From a bacterium (lineage in GTDB: Bacteria; UBA8248), in the NCBI GenBank assembly GCA_965221165.1, contig CBDCRP010000003.1, forward strand, positions 864,001 through 928,000: DNA of 64,000 nucleotides, in the 5' to 3' direction. Positions 63,367-64,000 of the stretch are shown here, in pieces; within the stretch, counting starts at the first letter, position 1; each line of letters opens with the position of its first letter. The notes below the pieces were generated by a model. It ran no database searches and was not told where the DNA came from. It saw only the letters and a program-made list of their open reading frames with translations. The position numbers and the translations under genes are program-made.

Positions 63367-63525
63367 GCGGGAATGATCAAACCACGCCGGAATGACGGCC
63401 ATCTGAATCGCTGTACGGGCCGTTCGCGAACGGTGGGGCGGTCCCGAGGAGGGATTGCCCCTACGGTGAATCCCCGCCTCCAAACCAAACATGCAGGCGG
63501 GCGGACACACAGGTCCGCCCCTACG
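63367..63525. repeat. REP-like palindrome cluster 3
   Basis: ccggaatgacgg, ccgttcgcgaacgg, ggggcggtccc...gggattgcccctac, gggcggac-acacag-gtccgcccctac. Confidence 0.65.
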
Positions 63526-63704
63526 AGACGATCGCGCCTACCAATAATATCCACCCAAAACCGCCTACCCATCTGGATCACGAAGCCCAAGGCCGCTATA
63601 ATCCCCGCGTTCACCGAACCGACAAACCCGAATGAAAGTTTTCAGGGCGGTCATTCGCGCCGCCTGCTCTAAAACATCTTTGATGACCTGAGGAGAAGGA
63701 CAGA

Positions 63705-64000
63705 ATGAGCGATTTCAAGACCGAAGACAGAGACGGGATGCGCATCGACTGGGACGCGCCCATCCCCATGGAAGACGGCGTCGTTCTGCGGTGCGACGTA
63801 TACCGCCCCCAGGATGAGGGGAAATACCCCGTCATCTTGACGTACGGCCCCTACGGGAAATACCTGCACTTCGAGGACTTGTATGAGACCTGCTGGACGC
63901 GCATGGTCGAGGAACACCCCGACGTGCCCGCAGGCTCCACCAACAAGTACCAGAACTGGGAGGTCGTGGACCCCGAGAAATGGGTGCCCGACGGCTACGC
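63705..64000 (+). CDS. CocE/NonD family hydrolase (5' part only)
   Basis: Manual translation MSDFKTEDRDGMRIDWDAPIPMEDGVVLRCDVYRP...YPVILTYGPYGK...WEVVDPEKWVPDGY; runs off the window. Confidence 0.9.
   Translation, partial: MSDFKTEDRDGMRIDWDAPIPMEDGVVLRCDVYRPQDEGKYPVILTYGPYGKYLHFEDLYETCWTRMVEEHPDVPAGSTNKYQNWEVVDPEKWVPDGY

Noticed and set aside
63345-63704. Possible UGA-recoded selenoprotein after the WSDGLP gene
   Set aside because: Interval is occupied by REP-like palindromes; no coherent frame found.

Overview
High-GC (roughly 60-66% by spot counts) bacterial chromosomal segment, mostly core genes: partial dnaE, guaA, guaB, mutL, mazG, recD2, lsrF-like aldolase, YhaM-like nuclease, NfeD/SPFH pair, thrC plus cystathionine gamma-synthase, kdsB-pyrG-kdsA, an LPS/EPS glycosyltransferase cluster, moeB/moeZ, ino1, nth and tRNA-Arg(CCG). 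The kdsB-pyrG-kdsA order and the Calx-beta/FN3/SwmB autotransporter suggest a diderm deltaproteobacterial/Nitrospinota-like organism, possibly a marine sponge associate (inference only). Accessory or unusual material: an AT-rich polysaccharide-lyase lipoprotein next to the guaA 3' end; a 1619-aa autotransporter with an internal ~670-bp duplication; an AT-rich orphan between two ~340-bp direct repeats that each encode a ~70-aa membrane peptide; a zeta-toxin-like pair plus secreted nuclease between REP-like clusters; a low-GC trough (about 28-37.4 kb) holding a plant-type thrC/CGS pair and a bactofilin-TM-TPR fusion; an organic-acid catabolic cluster with a variant ICL-family enzyme and three tandem hydroxyacid dehydrogenases; and a ~1-kb integrase-less islet bounded by a 12-bp duplication of the tRNA-Arg 3' end. 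No CRISPR array, rRNA, integrase or transposase was seen. All product calls come from recognising motifs by eye; no database searches were run.
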